Under the pieces are notes generated by a model. That model was not told the DNA's origin. It saw only the letters and a program-made list of their open reading frames with translations, and ran no database searches. Below are positions 51,007-64,000 of a stretch of DNA of 64,000 nt, one piece after another (within the stretch, counting starts at the first letter, position 1; each line of letters begins with the position of its first letter). A program made the position numbers and the translations under genes. This DNA comes from Lingula anatina (taxonomy: Eukaryota > Animalia > Brachiopoda), in NCBI GenBank assembly GCA_051362555.1, contig CM120642.1:22196001-22260000 (forward strand), given 5' to 3'.

Positions 51007-54000
51007 AATTCAAAAATTAAATGAGATTTATTGAAATTTAATTGAAATTCTATGAAGTTTCTAATACAAATGAGAGGTCATACGAGATTTCCGTTTTTGC
51101 GAGAGCACATGCGCACGATAGTCCCTATCTCGAGTGACCAGCATTGCAACTCAGAAATTTGTTGCAATTATAATACCACTATACAACAAAAGGAATACAA
51201 ATTCCTTATATGTTTCTCAGATAATATAAAAATTATCTAAGGTGTATTATAAAAATCAACCCATAAATATGGTTATGATTTTTTACATGATAACATAAGT
51301 TATCTTAGGTTCATTATATATATCAACCCATAATTGTGGTTTTACATGTTTCTATGTAAACCAGGCATTCCCCCCCTCCCCCTTTTTTGCTGTGGAAAAG
51401 GGGAGGTGGGTGGGCGTATGACCTCTCATTTGTATTAGAAACTTCATAGAATTTCAATTAAATTTCAATAAATCTCATTTAATTTTTGAATTCTATTTCG
51501 TTTCCATACAAATGAGGTCATACGAGATTCCCGTTTTATGCGAGAGCACATGCGCACTTGCGCATATCTTCACAGTTCAAAGCTTGCTGGTCACGAGAGC
51601 AAGTTTAGCTCAAAATATAATACTACATAACTTTTCCAATTATTCAAACTGCTTTAGAAAATTCTTTCCCTTCAACAGGTTTATTGTAGTACTTAGCAAG
51701 CTTTGCTTGAAAATCATCAAGCTGCTTTTAAAAATATCATATACGGGAAATTATGCTGCTGACACTGCTGCAGCTTGGGTTGAATGAGCCTTAAATGATT
51801 CTTATACACATGCTTGGTGCATCAACATCCGAATCCATCTTGATATTGTATCTCTTGAAACGGATGAAAAAAGGCTTTCAATAACTAATAATTTTTTTTT
51901 TTCTTTTTCCTCCTTTGCCATTTATTAATGGTTTTGTTCTTTTCAAATATTCTTTAACACATATCAATGTATGCAATCCCCTATTTAGGGGGTGCCATAA
52001 AAATGTAAATGTTGTTGTACCAACACCTAGTCTTGAACTGTTTCAAAGTTTCTTTGATTTTAAATAAAACAGTTTTTGTGAAGTTCTAACTCTCTGAACT
52101 TCAATAAATGCACAAAATCTTTTTGTGCAGATGTAAGAGACATGAGGATGATAAACTTCATTGAAAAAAATCTTTCAATGATAACTGTCTTACTGGTGAC
52201 AGTTTTCTTAAATAATGTTAATCAATTGATACATGTCAAACTTTCTGATATCTGGGTGCACTGGGTCAGTGTTAAAAACTCCTTTCAAGAACCATATAAT
52301 CTAAGGATGTCTCCCAACCGTCGAAGCAACAATGCCAATAGTTGTTGATAATGCATATCTAGCAGTGTCTATAGCACTGTTATTTGAGCCATCTTCATAG
52401 AGATGTACTTAAAAGTCTAGCACATTGCTGTAGTTGGTCTATATTCAAAACGACCTTCATTTTATTTGAAAACATTCTCCACTTTTTAATATAGACTGAA
52501 TAGTGGTTTTTTGCACATGCTTTAAATATGATTTCAATAGCTTTCTCTGTAATTCTATCTGACTTAATAGTTTTCCTGATACTTTGCATGCCAAAAATTC
52601 CATACAGTCTCCTATTGGGTGTGTCACCCCTTTCTGGTGAGAAAAGATGTTAATACTGTTGTTGCTGGCAGTAAAAAAAGAATAGGAATATCTTCTAGTG
52701 AATATTTCCTTTAAATTAATTGCATCAACCATAAAGGTATCACAACTTAAGCATCTGCCTGATCTTTCCCAAAACTTCTTGATTATCCTGAGCATCAGAC
52801 TGAAAAGGAGGAATACATTCTCCTAAGATATCAAAAACATTGTCGTATTCAGTACCAGGTTCTGGTTTCCAAGCAGCAAATATTCCTCATTTGCTATTTG
52901 ATCTTGATAGATCTAATAAAATTTATATGTGGCATAGCTAATATATCTGTCACTTTTTAAATACATAATATTTAGTGACCATTCAGTTGTAATATTCACA
53001 TTTCTTGATTCCTTATATGCCTTTACATTTTATATTCCAGGCAAATAATTAGCAGTAAGCCATATGTCATTTTCAATACAATGATTTTTTTTTTTTTTTC
53101 TATATTTGTGATACTATTTCATCACAAATTGATCATGAGGATTTCAAAACCTCACGTGTAATATATGCAACTGCAGTAGAATTATCATATCTTTCCTTCG
53201 ATATTTTGAATTAAGGCATGTAACGCCATTTTATAACAAGCAATTCAAATGCATTGAAATTATCATGACAGAATAAAATTGTTCAGTAAAGAATCCACCA
53301 ATGCTCATTTTTCTACATTCATCTAGCCATGCTAAAGGAGTGGCATTCGATTGAAGTTCAATCTGTGCATTGCCATGATTAATCTGACATGTTGCATATA
53401 AAAATATTTCTAGACCGCCATTCTAGGTCTACTTCCTTTATCTGTAAAATCCATTACAGCTTCATAATCATCTTTATTTTCTTTTAATGCTTTAATTTTT
53501 CCTCTCTCTAGTTCCTATAATGCAACTGTCCATATCAGACTCATGCAAACATGACACTGATATTTTTCTAATATTTTTGCCGTGTCTCTAATAGATGCGT
53601 CATCTCTTGTTATAAAAACATCAATCTTTTCTTTATGAACTTCTTTCTTTTTTTTTTTTTTTGGCAAGTTGCACAGTCATGTTTTCAGAATTTATTTTCA
53701 AATCCCAAAATACAATTTCTTGAGTTGGGATTAATTATCATACAGACTTTTCTTCATGGATCAAAACCCCACAAGTTTTGAAAAACTTGACAGTTTCTTT
53801 CACTGCCCAAAGACATTCATTTTGTATATAAATGTCATCTACGTATGATATCATAATATTCCTTTCCTTTTTAATGTTGCACATAATGGCTTTCATAAGT
53901 TTTAAATGCTCTAGAACATCTGAATAGCCACATTTAAGGGCAGAATGTATGATTTATTTCTCCACTGAAATCTGAGAAATTTCTGATGCTCTGTAAATTC

Positions 54001-55906
54001 TTAGCATATGATATGCATTTCTGAATCTATGCATGCCATCAACTCTTTATGACATATAAATTTAAACTGTCTTCAAAGTATCCATTTCAAACTTATGGTA
54101 CTTCATAAACCTATTCAAAGGTTAAACATTATTATCCGTCTTGTGCCATCTTTTAGGCCTAGTATATATATTGTATTGAAAAATTTGTCCTCTTCATTAT
54201 GTTTCAACAATGACAACTTATGTAAACATGTTGAAACTTCTGTATCAACAAAATTTTCTTCAGATTCTTTGAATCTTATTTCTTTCAATGGTGGTGTCTG
54301 TTTTGGATGTAATCATCCATAAACGTCAATCTTAGACTTATAACAGTCTGTAACACCCAAGCATCAGAAGTTAACAATTCCCACTGGAATATTCTACTAG
54401 CAATGTTATGTTGAAGACATACTTTAAATTTTCCTTCAACACTTCTACATCCAATGATGCTGAATTTTTTTTTTTTTTTTTTTTTTTTTTGTATCCTATT
54501 GCCTGTGAAAGGTCCTAATATGACCTCTATTAGTGCCATTTCTTTTGCACATCCATTGCTCTAAGGAAATATCTTCCCCTAGCTCACATGATAACTCTGC
54601 TTCCTCTGGGAGTCCCAGAATATGATGGACCAGTGTCTTAGACACTTGATAATTCATTCTATTTTCATGTAACTGATTCTTTTTACTATTTCATCTCCAC
54701 CAAACCTATTGGTACCTGGGATGGAATTTTCAGATAAATGTATATGTATAGTTTATCTATGTGAGGTCTTAAAACATCTTCCCTTCTTGAACAAAGTTTA
54801 AAGTTTGTGCAACTAAATGCTCGAATTGCATTCATAGCATCATAAAATAATTCTTCAAAATCTTCTTCCAGATTCTTTAGTATATGAATCTCATTTACTA
54901 ACGAGTTTGTTTATTTCAAGTGTCAAGGAGGAATCACCCTTTTTAAATAAATGTTCACTCTGTGAAACCTTCAATCTTATGATTCAGCATCATGACAGAT
55001 GCTAGGCCATTTTTCCCTCATTTATTATTATTGGTTTCAAACCGTCACAGTTAGAAGGAGTCAATTTTTCATCATTTTCCTGGTAAAATTCTTCCTCTAA
55101 TTTATTTTCATTATTATCATTTATCTTACATGTATCATCTTCATGGGCAGCGTCTGCCATATCAACCAGATGATCTGAATTCTGCACTTCACTACTAGTA
55201 AATACTGATGTGTCATCAGAGATTTGCTCTTCACTACTAGTAAACACAGACGTGTCGTCAGATATTTTCTACTACTAGTAAACACAGACGTGTCGTCAGA
55301 GATTTGGTCTTCACTACTTGTAAACACTAACGTGTCGTCAGAGATTTGCTCTTCACTACTAGTAAACACAGACGTGTCGTCAGACATTTACTCTTCACTA
55401 CTAGTAAACACACGTGTCGTCAGACATTTACTCTTCTTAATAAACATAAGAAGGATATTCATACCTGATTTTGTTTTATAAAATCCTCCATTTGCTTCTA
55501 AATATTAAGTTTCATATTCTTCAGTGAGCCAGTATTTATTCTAATGCTGCACTGATTTTCCCACCACAGTCGTGGCATTATCGGTACTCGTTGACGCGCC
55601 ATTTTCATTTCTCTCATTAACGTTATTCTGCGTCAATGTTTGATTCCGTGTTAGAAAATGTGATGCGTCACCACTTCTTTTGACTTCCCGTCGGAAGATT
55701 TTTGTGGCCCTGCGGCATTTTGTAACTTTTGGTCTATTTCCGACCTTATCAGCCATAGTATTCATTGAATTTTGTGCCGCTCTCTGGCCTCACGTGCTGT
55801 GCTCGCTCGACAAGAAACCGGAAGTGAAGATATGCGCAAGTGCGCATGTGCTCTCGCATAAAACGGGAATCTCGTATGACCTCATTTGTATGGAAACGAA
55901 ATAGAA
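51007..55906 (-). mobile_element. Full-length DIRS1-type element with ITRs and ICR; ORFs decayed
   Basis: ICR 51415-51573 is complementary to both ends (51007-51084, 55824-55906). Remnants of gag, RT (YVDD near 53840), RNase H (DNSTAVAY), methyltransferase-like PPF near 52805, and YR (52560-51750). Confidence 0.92.
55187..55436 (-). repeat. 42-bp tandem repeat (about 6 copies) in the DIRS gag region
   Basis: cttcactactagtaaacacagacgtgtcgtcagagatttgct units; encode SDDTSVFTSSEEQI on the minus strand. Confidence 0.9.
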
Positions 55907-58473
55907 TCTGACATGTAGGAGTATAGTATTATTTTAATTTTATTAAATATGAAATGATGTTGATTTTTACCTATTTGACCCCTTTCTTCAGCAATGGAAC
56001 TGAACTCCTCTGCAGTACCTGTACTATCATCTTCTGAAAGCTCCCTACATTTTTTTCTTTTTAAGTCAGACTGACTTTACCAAACGTATTCCTAGACAAA
56101 TTTTTAGCCTAAAATTCTCTGTAACAAATAATCTTGATTGGATTATTTTCCTTAAAAAAATCTCAAAATTGACCAAATGACTATATATTGACCCCATTTT
56201 TGCTTAGACATGATTCAATTAACATGACATTTTTGGTTATGTTTGGAGCAACCCTTTAAGCTACACAATGATATATAAATCAAAGTTATATTTTACTTAA
56301 ATTTTCTACTATGATTGATGTCCTTTTCCTCTCACAATTTTTTGACAATTGAACTGAGCAACTCTTCAGTACTTGTTTCAGTACAGGGTTACTACAGTAA
56401 AGTGCCATGAATTTCGAACGGCTCTTGAATTTCGAACGATTTTAAAATCGGCCGTCTGGAGTTTTTTCTGGACCATGAATTTCGGCCAGTAAGCAATTTT
56501 GCGCGATCTTGATTTCGTGAATTTCGTACTCCTTAAAATCGGCCACCGAGCTATTTTCGCCCGCATAAAGATCTAACAGTCGGCAATGTTGCCCTAGCAC
56601 ATAGCGAATATTAGCGTACACTACAAAGTAGTACCATTCATCTGTGGCGCATCATAAAAGCTGGGTACGTCAAATTACTCTAAGAAAATTTCTTACAATG
56701 TCCATGGCTGTCCTGACAAGCCAAGATTACATTTTTCAAAAGCCGTCTTTGAAAATATAGGCCGTCCGGTGAGGTCAGCGGCTGTCCAAATGACGGCTGG
56801 ACGGTTTGCTGGGAAACTTGCTCATAACGGTATATTTTTTTAACTAGGGGCTTACTGACACAAAATTTGGGCACTTATATAGATTGTGCCTGCTTGTATC
56901 GATCTAAATTCTGAATAACATCTGAAAAACAGAACACTCGGATCGTTGTACTATTATGACGCCTTCTTATTATCCACTTCGTGATATCCACTTCATGGTC
57001 GGCTTCTCTAGGTTGAACTTACATATGACATCACCCAGCTTACATGCGGGTGCATGCCTCCCAAAATGAACCAATTATATCAAAGGATAAAGTTCTAATA
57101 CATCTTAGTTTAATTGTTTGTACATTTTGTAAAAATTGCCCATGTCACCCTGTTAGTTTGGAGGGTTAAGCTGGATCAAGTCCGTGTCAAAATTTGTTTC
57201 TCTGGCTCCTTGTTTAGCCCAATGATCAGATTTATCTAGTGCCCCCAGGTAGATTTTTACCTGAGATAAATATTGCCAGCGAGAGTGCGTTTGGTACACT
57301 CAAGACAAAGAATACCTGTGAACTGAAGGGCACTTTACCATCTAATTAAGAGGTAAAGGAAGTTCCAGCTATATGGAAGATTAAGATCGGACTTCTGATG
57401 GTAACTAGTATTGTTTACCTCAGTTTTGTGAAAGCAAACCAGAAGGGGTGTCAGAACAATGGTGCATTTATAAATTATACAGAGGATTTGTAAATTCAGG
57501 TAACATTAACTTACAATCGAAGGGGATATTCGATAATATTCATTGAAAAATACACTAAATTTATGAGAATAATATCCTGGTTGGCCCAAAAATTGTACGC
57601 ACAGTGTAACCGTGCATATGCCCGGTTACGCCCCTGTGACTCAAATCATTTCCCGCTGACTATATGAAAATTGCCTTCTAGCACGGATAAAAAGTCCAAG
57701 CTTCTAGGCTTGCTCGGATCGCTGACGATCTCTTGCTGACGAATACAATAACGAAGTCCCTTGAACTAGTGTGGAAATTGCCTTATCCTCGCACTCAGAT
57801 CACTCACGATCTCCCATTGACGATCTTCCAGTCCCCTGAACGAATATGAAAATGGCCTTTCTGTTTTGCTCGAATAGATGATAACTGCCTTTTCAGTTTA
57901 GTCTAGATTATCTATCACTCGCAGGTTTGTTTGAAGATGGTTTAAATGACAAAATGTACACTCTTTTTAAATGTGTACATTGGCGCAATTATGTGCCAGG
58001 TAATAAGCTGCTGGTCAAGATTGGGTTGCCTGGGTGAAAAAAAGTGGACATCGCGCCCTGCACTCAGCCCCCCCCCCAACCTTGTATATTTGATCGCAGA
58101 CAACAGTCAGCGGTCATGTTGGTCGCAGCGCATGGGGGAGAGAGACCGTAATACACAGTTCGGCTGCCGTGGTGAAGGTTACCTGTGCGCCGCACATACC
58201 AATCTGCGGTCGTAGTGGCCTCCCTGCCAAGGCCGGCTTCTACAGTGAAGGCAACGTATGCGTCGAAGACACCGACTCGCGCATGGCGAGATGAGAACAC
58301 ACTCGTGCGTAAAGCTCCGCCCGACTTCAACGGTAATCGCAGACAAAGGCTACTTGTACGTGCGACACAGACACCGATTGGCTGTCGTCTTGGTTTCAGC
58401 GCTCGGAAAGGAGCAGCTGTAAGATGACACTAGTTTCTTGCTGCCAGAATCGCTTTTGAAAAACGACACTACT

Positions 58474-61400
58474 TGTAAGGGACCCCTAAATGTCTTAATG
58501 TAGTTTTAGAACTTCCGTAAGAGTGTAGGCAGAATCTTGTTCATGAAGTTTATTGTCATTGTTTAATCGAAGCCAGTTTGATCAGTCACTGCGGCAGCGA
58601 GGGATAATCTCCAGACTTCAAGGCTGGAAAATAAAAGGAGGTATGATGCCAAAGCAAACGCAAATAAAATAGAAGTGGGTGACACTGTTATCGTTTACGC
58701 ACCTGATAGCGTAACATTTGGATCCAGGTGGGACCCCGTTTGGACTGTCACGTGGCATAGAGGAAACGTCTTTTGGATAACCCACCAACAAACAGGCAAA
58801 TCGCGGGTCGTAAACAAGCTCAGATTAGTCAACAGGGGATTACCGTGGGATCAAGTGAAGGCACGGGCACGTCACGTATTTAAGAGGAGGACCAATCCTG
58901 CTGGACCACAGTTGCAGCTTGGTGTGCCACCAGTCAACTCGAGGGCTACAGAGGAACAGCTTACTCCCCAACAAGAAGACGAGCAGAACACAAACGAGCC
59001 CAGACCCGAGCACGGCCACGCAGTGTCAGTGAGTATATCAGGTGAGTCTCAATCTGGCAGTTGCCGACAAACTTTAATTGCAAGGCGTAGGCAAAACACC
59101 ACACCTCAGTACAGTACCCCAACTCATTCTTATAACACCAGGTTTAGAAAGAGATGTCTGAGGGATACGGAAGGTCAGGGAGGCAACAAGAAGTTCAGAG
59201 AGGCCGACTGCGAGAGCAGGGTCGAGCAGGAAAATGGGATGGAAACCGACTGCGAGGGCGTGGTCGAGCTGAAACAAATGAGAGAAGACGACTGCGAGGG
59301 CGCGGTCGCACCGGAAGAAATGGAGATTTCCGAGTAAATTGGTTTATCAGAGAATATAAGACGTACGCATTTCTGTTAATATGTTTGTTAAGTTTTTTCG
59401 CAGGAATAAAAGCAGAATTGACCAAGCTACCTGATGGCGTGCTACTCACCCAGAGGCAGCAACTACAGGTCACAAAGGCGCAGTGGACGATTTTAGTCAC
59501 CATCGATAAACCACGATTCAACGGCCAGGTAATAACTGACCATTTCGGTAAAATTTTAACGGAAATAAATTGGGCCGAAAACGGAAATTTCATTAAAACC
59601 GCGACAAAACATCAGTGGCAGCAAAGATTGCGTAGTAGCTTAAATTTGTTCTACGAGTTGGAAGACTCTCAAGAGGTCATGCTTGGTCCGCTGCTGGTTA
59701 GACCGGGTGTGGCTGTTCCTGGTGACAACAGGGGTGCACACCTGGGGTCACCACGGGAAAAACGAGGGTTGTTCGACTTCGTGGGATCGGCCGCGAGCTA
59801 TTTATTCGGAATAAGTACGGATAAAAATGTAGAGCAATGCCGGAAGTTAGTTACCGAAACACGAAAAGAGGGTCGCGTTGTTCATCTGTAAACAAAGTGT
59901 TTTCCAGGAATTAAAGAGGAAGCGTACACCATGCATGCCGACAGATGTGGCAGTCAACACAGCGGTGGTCGCTTAAAACCTAGATTACTCCAATTCCGAC
60001 AGGCAGCACGAGAAGAATAATGAACTAGTTATTTTCCAGAATTTAGAGGAAACCTAGCTTGCGCAGCTTTACAATAATTTTTTCATTTTTTTTACAGGTT
60101 ACGCTCTAGGAAGTTGGGAGTTGATGGAATAATTTTGCTTTTCTCTTTTTCTGTCGAGTTGAATAGACTAATAAACTGCCTGGTTGGGAGGCGATGTTCC
60201 TTTTTGTGTTTTTCAGTTACCATACAATCGACTGCTTCCCTTGCGAGACGAACCCTGACATTGCCAGCCTGCCACTGATCCTAGCGAACGTCAACACGCA
60301 TCATTCTGAAAACTGCCTCGTCACCAATGACTGGCGATCACGTTATGTCCATTTACTCGAGGACTCGAGTTTAAACAACCGGGCGAGAGCAGTCCTGAGG
60401 TCGCATTAGTGATTGAGGTCTGTAGTGGAGGAATGGGTTACCACTTATCTTGCTTACCCGGGCTCGTCCTTGAGCAAGACGTATTTGCCCTTAGCTCCGC
60501 ATGTAGGGGTACGCTCAGAGAACTCGTAATCAAAGCGAAAGTGAGACAGCATCGGAATCCTAGTATGCATTGTTCAACGGAGATTCGGGAACAGGATTTA
60601 TCAGAGACTAACGGATTTAATAAAAAGAAATACTCTTTCCTCTAACAAGTAGAGACTTAGTTTTTTCGAGAACATGGAGGAGAACGGTTCAGCTTAAACG
60701 CATCAGGCTAAGGACTGGGCCACCCGAGTAAAATACTTGCGACTATTAGATGTAGATATATGATAACTTGGGCCTTTCAATAAGGTACAGGATGTTTGCA
60801 TTTGTAAAGACGAAGCGATGGAATGTTTTTTATTGATGACCAGGGATAATTCTCACTTCAATCGTTAAAATTGTGTCAACATTTAATCTATATATGTAAA
60901 TATGCAATATGTTTCATATTATTTTGTGTAAATATGTAAATAGCTATCATGTTAAGTTTTACGTTTACGTCCTGAGCTCACGGTTTTTCTTTCCTCAATT
61001 TTTCTCCTCGTATTATTAAACGGGTGTAGCGAGGTTTTTGATGGGGAAAGTTTTTTAACCCAGAGCGTTAATTCCCATATTTCTTCATATGAAGTGTATC
61101 TGTAGTAAAACATTGCTATTAAAAGAAATACGTGTATGTATCTATAAAAAAATATGTAACCATATTTTTAAGTGGGAAAAGGAGGAATGTGTCAGGGACC
61201 CCTAAATGTCTTAATGTAGTTTTAGAACTTCAGTAAGAGTGTAGGCAGAATCTTGTTCATGAAGTTTATTGTCACTGTTTAATCGAAGCCAGTTTGATCA
61301 GTCACTGCCTAGAAGGATGTGGAGGTGGCCAAGTGACCTCTAATTTAATTAAGTTTTGTTCAGACGGTCGAGGAGCGACCGGTAATTTGATTTAATCAGA

Positions 61401-61677
61401 TTACTTGTATACCTGCATATAAGCCAGGTGGGTAACATTATTCGAGAGAACTGATGTTAGACCTCAATGAGACACGACGATTGTAATATTTGTTATACTT
61501 CAGAATTAAATATTGTTGAAGGTTAGAAACTTTGCACGGGACTTGAGTTCGTTCTCTCACGCGTTTACCTGCGTATATTCAAACCTCGAACTTGGGACGA
61601 ATTGAACGGTGATCGTAAGCGATCGGCGTCGACTAATCTTGCGTTAAGATAACATCAGATCGGGCCGATACCCGACA
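58474..61677 (+). mobile_element. env-bearing Gypsy-type LTR element with internal deletion
   Basis: Partial 5' LTR 58474-58591; 3' LTR 61190-61677 (TG...CA); TACT TSD; PPT gggaaaaggaggaa; integrase C-terminus (58592-59337) followed by env. Confidence 0.9.
59340..59891 (+). pseudogene. env: Envelope (F-protein-like fusion glycoprotein) N-terminal part
   Basis: Signal-like YAFLLICLLSFFAGIKA, WTILVTID, furin site REKR followed by fusion-peptide-like GLFDFVGSAASYLFG. Confidence 0.8.
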
Positions 61678-64000
61678 TACTGATAACGATGCTGTTTTGC
61701 ATCCCTAGCCAACAGTACTGATCGTCATCTAGCACCTTGGGCCGTACACAGTATCAGGTGAAAGTACGTGTATCCCTTTGGTCGCAACTACTGACACTCA
61801 CACATCATACTAATGGTAACTCTAAATAGATCGTCGGGAGAAGATAACAGAAGACCTAGCGACGAACAGACAACTTCCGGTCAAAATTGACAGAATTCCA
61901 TGAAATTCGAATGTTTGGAAGTTCTGAGCACCTCCATGTCATGAATTTCGGCCAAAACGATCTTTTCCCAAATTTAATTATTTTCTACTGATCGAAATTC
62001 ATGGCACATTACCATACTTAATATGGAATATTTTTTATCATTGTTATTTTTGAGTGCTGATTAAAAAATTTTTGACTTGATTCATCAAAAAAGTATGTCA
62101 TTGGGTGATAAAAATATCCAGTCTTCTATTGTGAGATATTTTGGTCAATAATATCAAATCAGACATAAGATGTCATTCAAAAGAAAAGAACGCCCCAAGA
62201 AAACCATATCAACAGTTTGATGTCAGTAATAACTTTAAGCTAAGATATTAAAGAAAATGATAGCCTCCGGACAGTGATATGTTACGCAGTCAAAGAACTC
62301 ATTACAGTAAATCATGAAAAGTCATCAGTAGCGGGTATGACCTCCAGCAGCCGCTTGCAGCGCCCTCATCCTACATGGCATACCCTGTGACAAGTTTTTT
62401 AGAGTTTGGATGGGATATCATTCCACACAGTGATATTTGCCTGTCGCAGTCCATCACTATTTACCAGCCAATGACCATAGCTATTAATTCTGTGAGTTAC
62501 TTCCACCCACAGATTTTCAATTGGGTTCATATTTGGGGTCTGCAGGCCAGGGCAGTTGCTGAACCCATTGGTTTTGAAGAAAAACAGAGATTCTGCGAGC
62601 TTGATGTGGGGTTGCGCAATCGTCTTGGTACAAAAAGTTGTTCCTGAAGATGACTCTTACAAATCGAAGCATTGTTTGCTGTAGAATGTCTCTGTAGGAA
62701 TCCTGGTTGAGGTTGCCTCCTAGAAAATCCAACTGGTTCTGAGCACTGGCATGAAATGCTCCCCAAACAGAGACGTTGCCACCCCCTGCTTGCACCCTAG
62801 GCAGTACACAATCACTGATTTATGGCTCTCGTACATGTCGACAGTCACGGATTCGACGGTCAACCCTAAAAAATCCATATCTGGCCTCATCACTGAAAAT
62901 GACGTGATTCCAGCGGTTTCGCTCCAAACGCACGTGGTTCCCAGTCCATTGCAGACGTCGCTGTATATGACCTGCTGTTAACAGTGGTTTCCCTACTGGT
63001 CTTTGTGCAAAATAACCAACTTGCAGTAATCTCTTGTTTACGAGGGATCTTGAAACGGGTGTTTGAATGACATTCTGCCACTCTTTTCTGAGGACACTGG
63101 TTGTCTTTGTACGACCAGCATGGCGCACTCTAAGGAGAAGGCAATCCTCTCTTCTTGGTGTGATACGCAGACACCCTGGTTGAGGTATTGGAGTAGGTGC
63201 CCCTGTTGTAGCATTTCCTTGGAGGACTTTACTAACGGTTCCTGCTTAAATGTTGAATTGCCTGGCAATGACTGTCCGTTTCTGGCCATTTTCTCTGAGA
63301 GCAAAAATCCCATAGTAAGCTGCGTTGCTTAGCTGTCGAAACATATTTTCTGGTACCTGTCAAGTTTCAGAGCGATCCCTTTGTTGTTTCCTTAAATACA
63401 CTTCAAATATTGACTAAACCCATGCGTTTTTATACAAGGGCAGAAATTGCCGAAAATACCACCCCTCACATTTTTTACCACAGAACATGCAACTGCATGC
63501 ATCAATTGTTTCGAGAGTTGTGTGGTAATTAGGTAACACACCTGGCTACACATGGAGTGGCACCTCAGTTTTGGATTTAAAATAGTTAGAGAGAAAATAA
63601 ATATTTTGTAGAAAATTTACTCGCCCAAAAATAATATTCCATATTAAGTAGTAACCCTGTACTTAAACATGCTTCCATCTTACGTGATATTTATAACCTA
63701 TATGTCCCACAAAATTATATAAATCATACTTACATCTTACATAAATTCAGTAATTTGAGACATTTCTTTTCCCACCCCTCTTTTTTTAAACTTACACCTC
63801 ATTCAGTTGACAATGACCATTTGACAATGTCCTGAATCTTTCCACATACCATCTGTTGTATACATGGATGAGACATGGCCTTGCTCATGTTGCTGTCTCC
63901 CACTGCCTGCTTTTTTTATAGGAATTAGCCATGACCAGACAGGAAGTGTCACTTCACCAAGAAGCAGCCATACTATATGGAAAGGGTCAACTGGAATTGA

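Larger units (their letters stand above)
19900..56380 (+). repeat. Old higher-order tandem repeat forming the host scaffold between insertions (subunits of about 350-370 bp plus a block of about 600 bp)
   Basis: Motif aaccct(t)nagctacacaatg at about 20216, 24320, 27661, 35128, 43705, 44090, 44800, 45200, 56250. Block gtgacataacattaaaataaac...ccccttgttccaaccag at about 27790, 44190, 45308, 50469. The sequence is continuous across element TSDs. Confidence 0.75.
56395..62014. mobile_element. Non-autonomous Tc1/mariner (pogo-like) element
   Basis: TIR cagtaaagtgccatgaatttcg / cgaaattcatggcacattacca, TA TSD, repeated catgaatttcg subterminal motifs. Confidence 0.8.
56384..63659 (-). mobile_element. 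Tc1 transposon whose TIR is split by a 5.6-kb insertion
   Basis: cagggttac-TA-[insert]-TA-cttaatatggaatatt matches the right TIR aatattccatattaagtagtaaccctg; TA TSD. Transposase remnants VIFSDEARY and LYQDDCATPH at 62330-63313. Confidence 0.9.

Noticed and set aside
59154-59340. Arg/Gly-rich N-terminal extension of the env ORF
   Set aside because: Alternative-frame reading of the acidic integrase tail, not an authentic env N-terminus.

Overview
AT-rich eukaryotic (animal, probably lophotrochozoan/mollusc-like; inferred from element families and gene type) repeat-dense DNA. The only host gene is invisible to the ORF track. It is the 3' part of a spliced, apparently pseudogenised reprolysin/ADAMTS-like zinc metalloprotease (exons at 3595-6548; the HEMGHNLGAVH motif is split by an intron). 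It ends in a Cys-rich module, SEA domain, two EGF repeats, a transmembrane helix and an NxxY tail. The rest is nested mobile DNA: Ty3/Gypsy fragments, a young non-autonomous LTR element with identical non-canonical LTRs, a full-length BEL/Pao element, an env-bearing Gypsy, two DIRS elements, two Penelope elements with hammerhead ribozymes, a Tx1/L1 LINE, several Tc1/mariner elements, PIF/Harbinger, CMC- and Ginger-like MITEs and Helentron-like HINE arrays. From about 19.9 to 56.4 kb these insertions interrupt an old higher-order tandem repeat containing an unusually conserved 72-bp core. All coordinates and translations were read by eye; no database searches were run.
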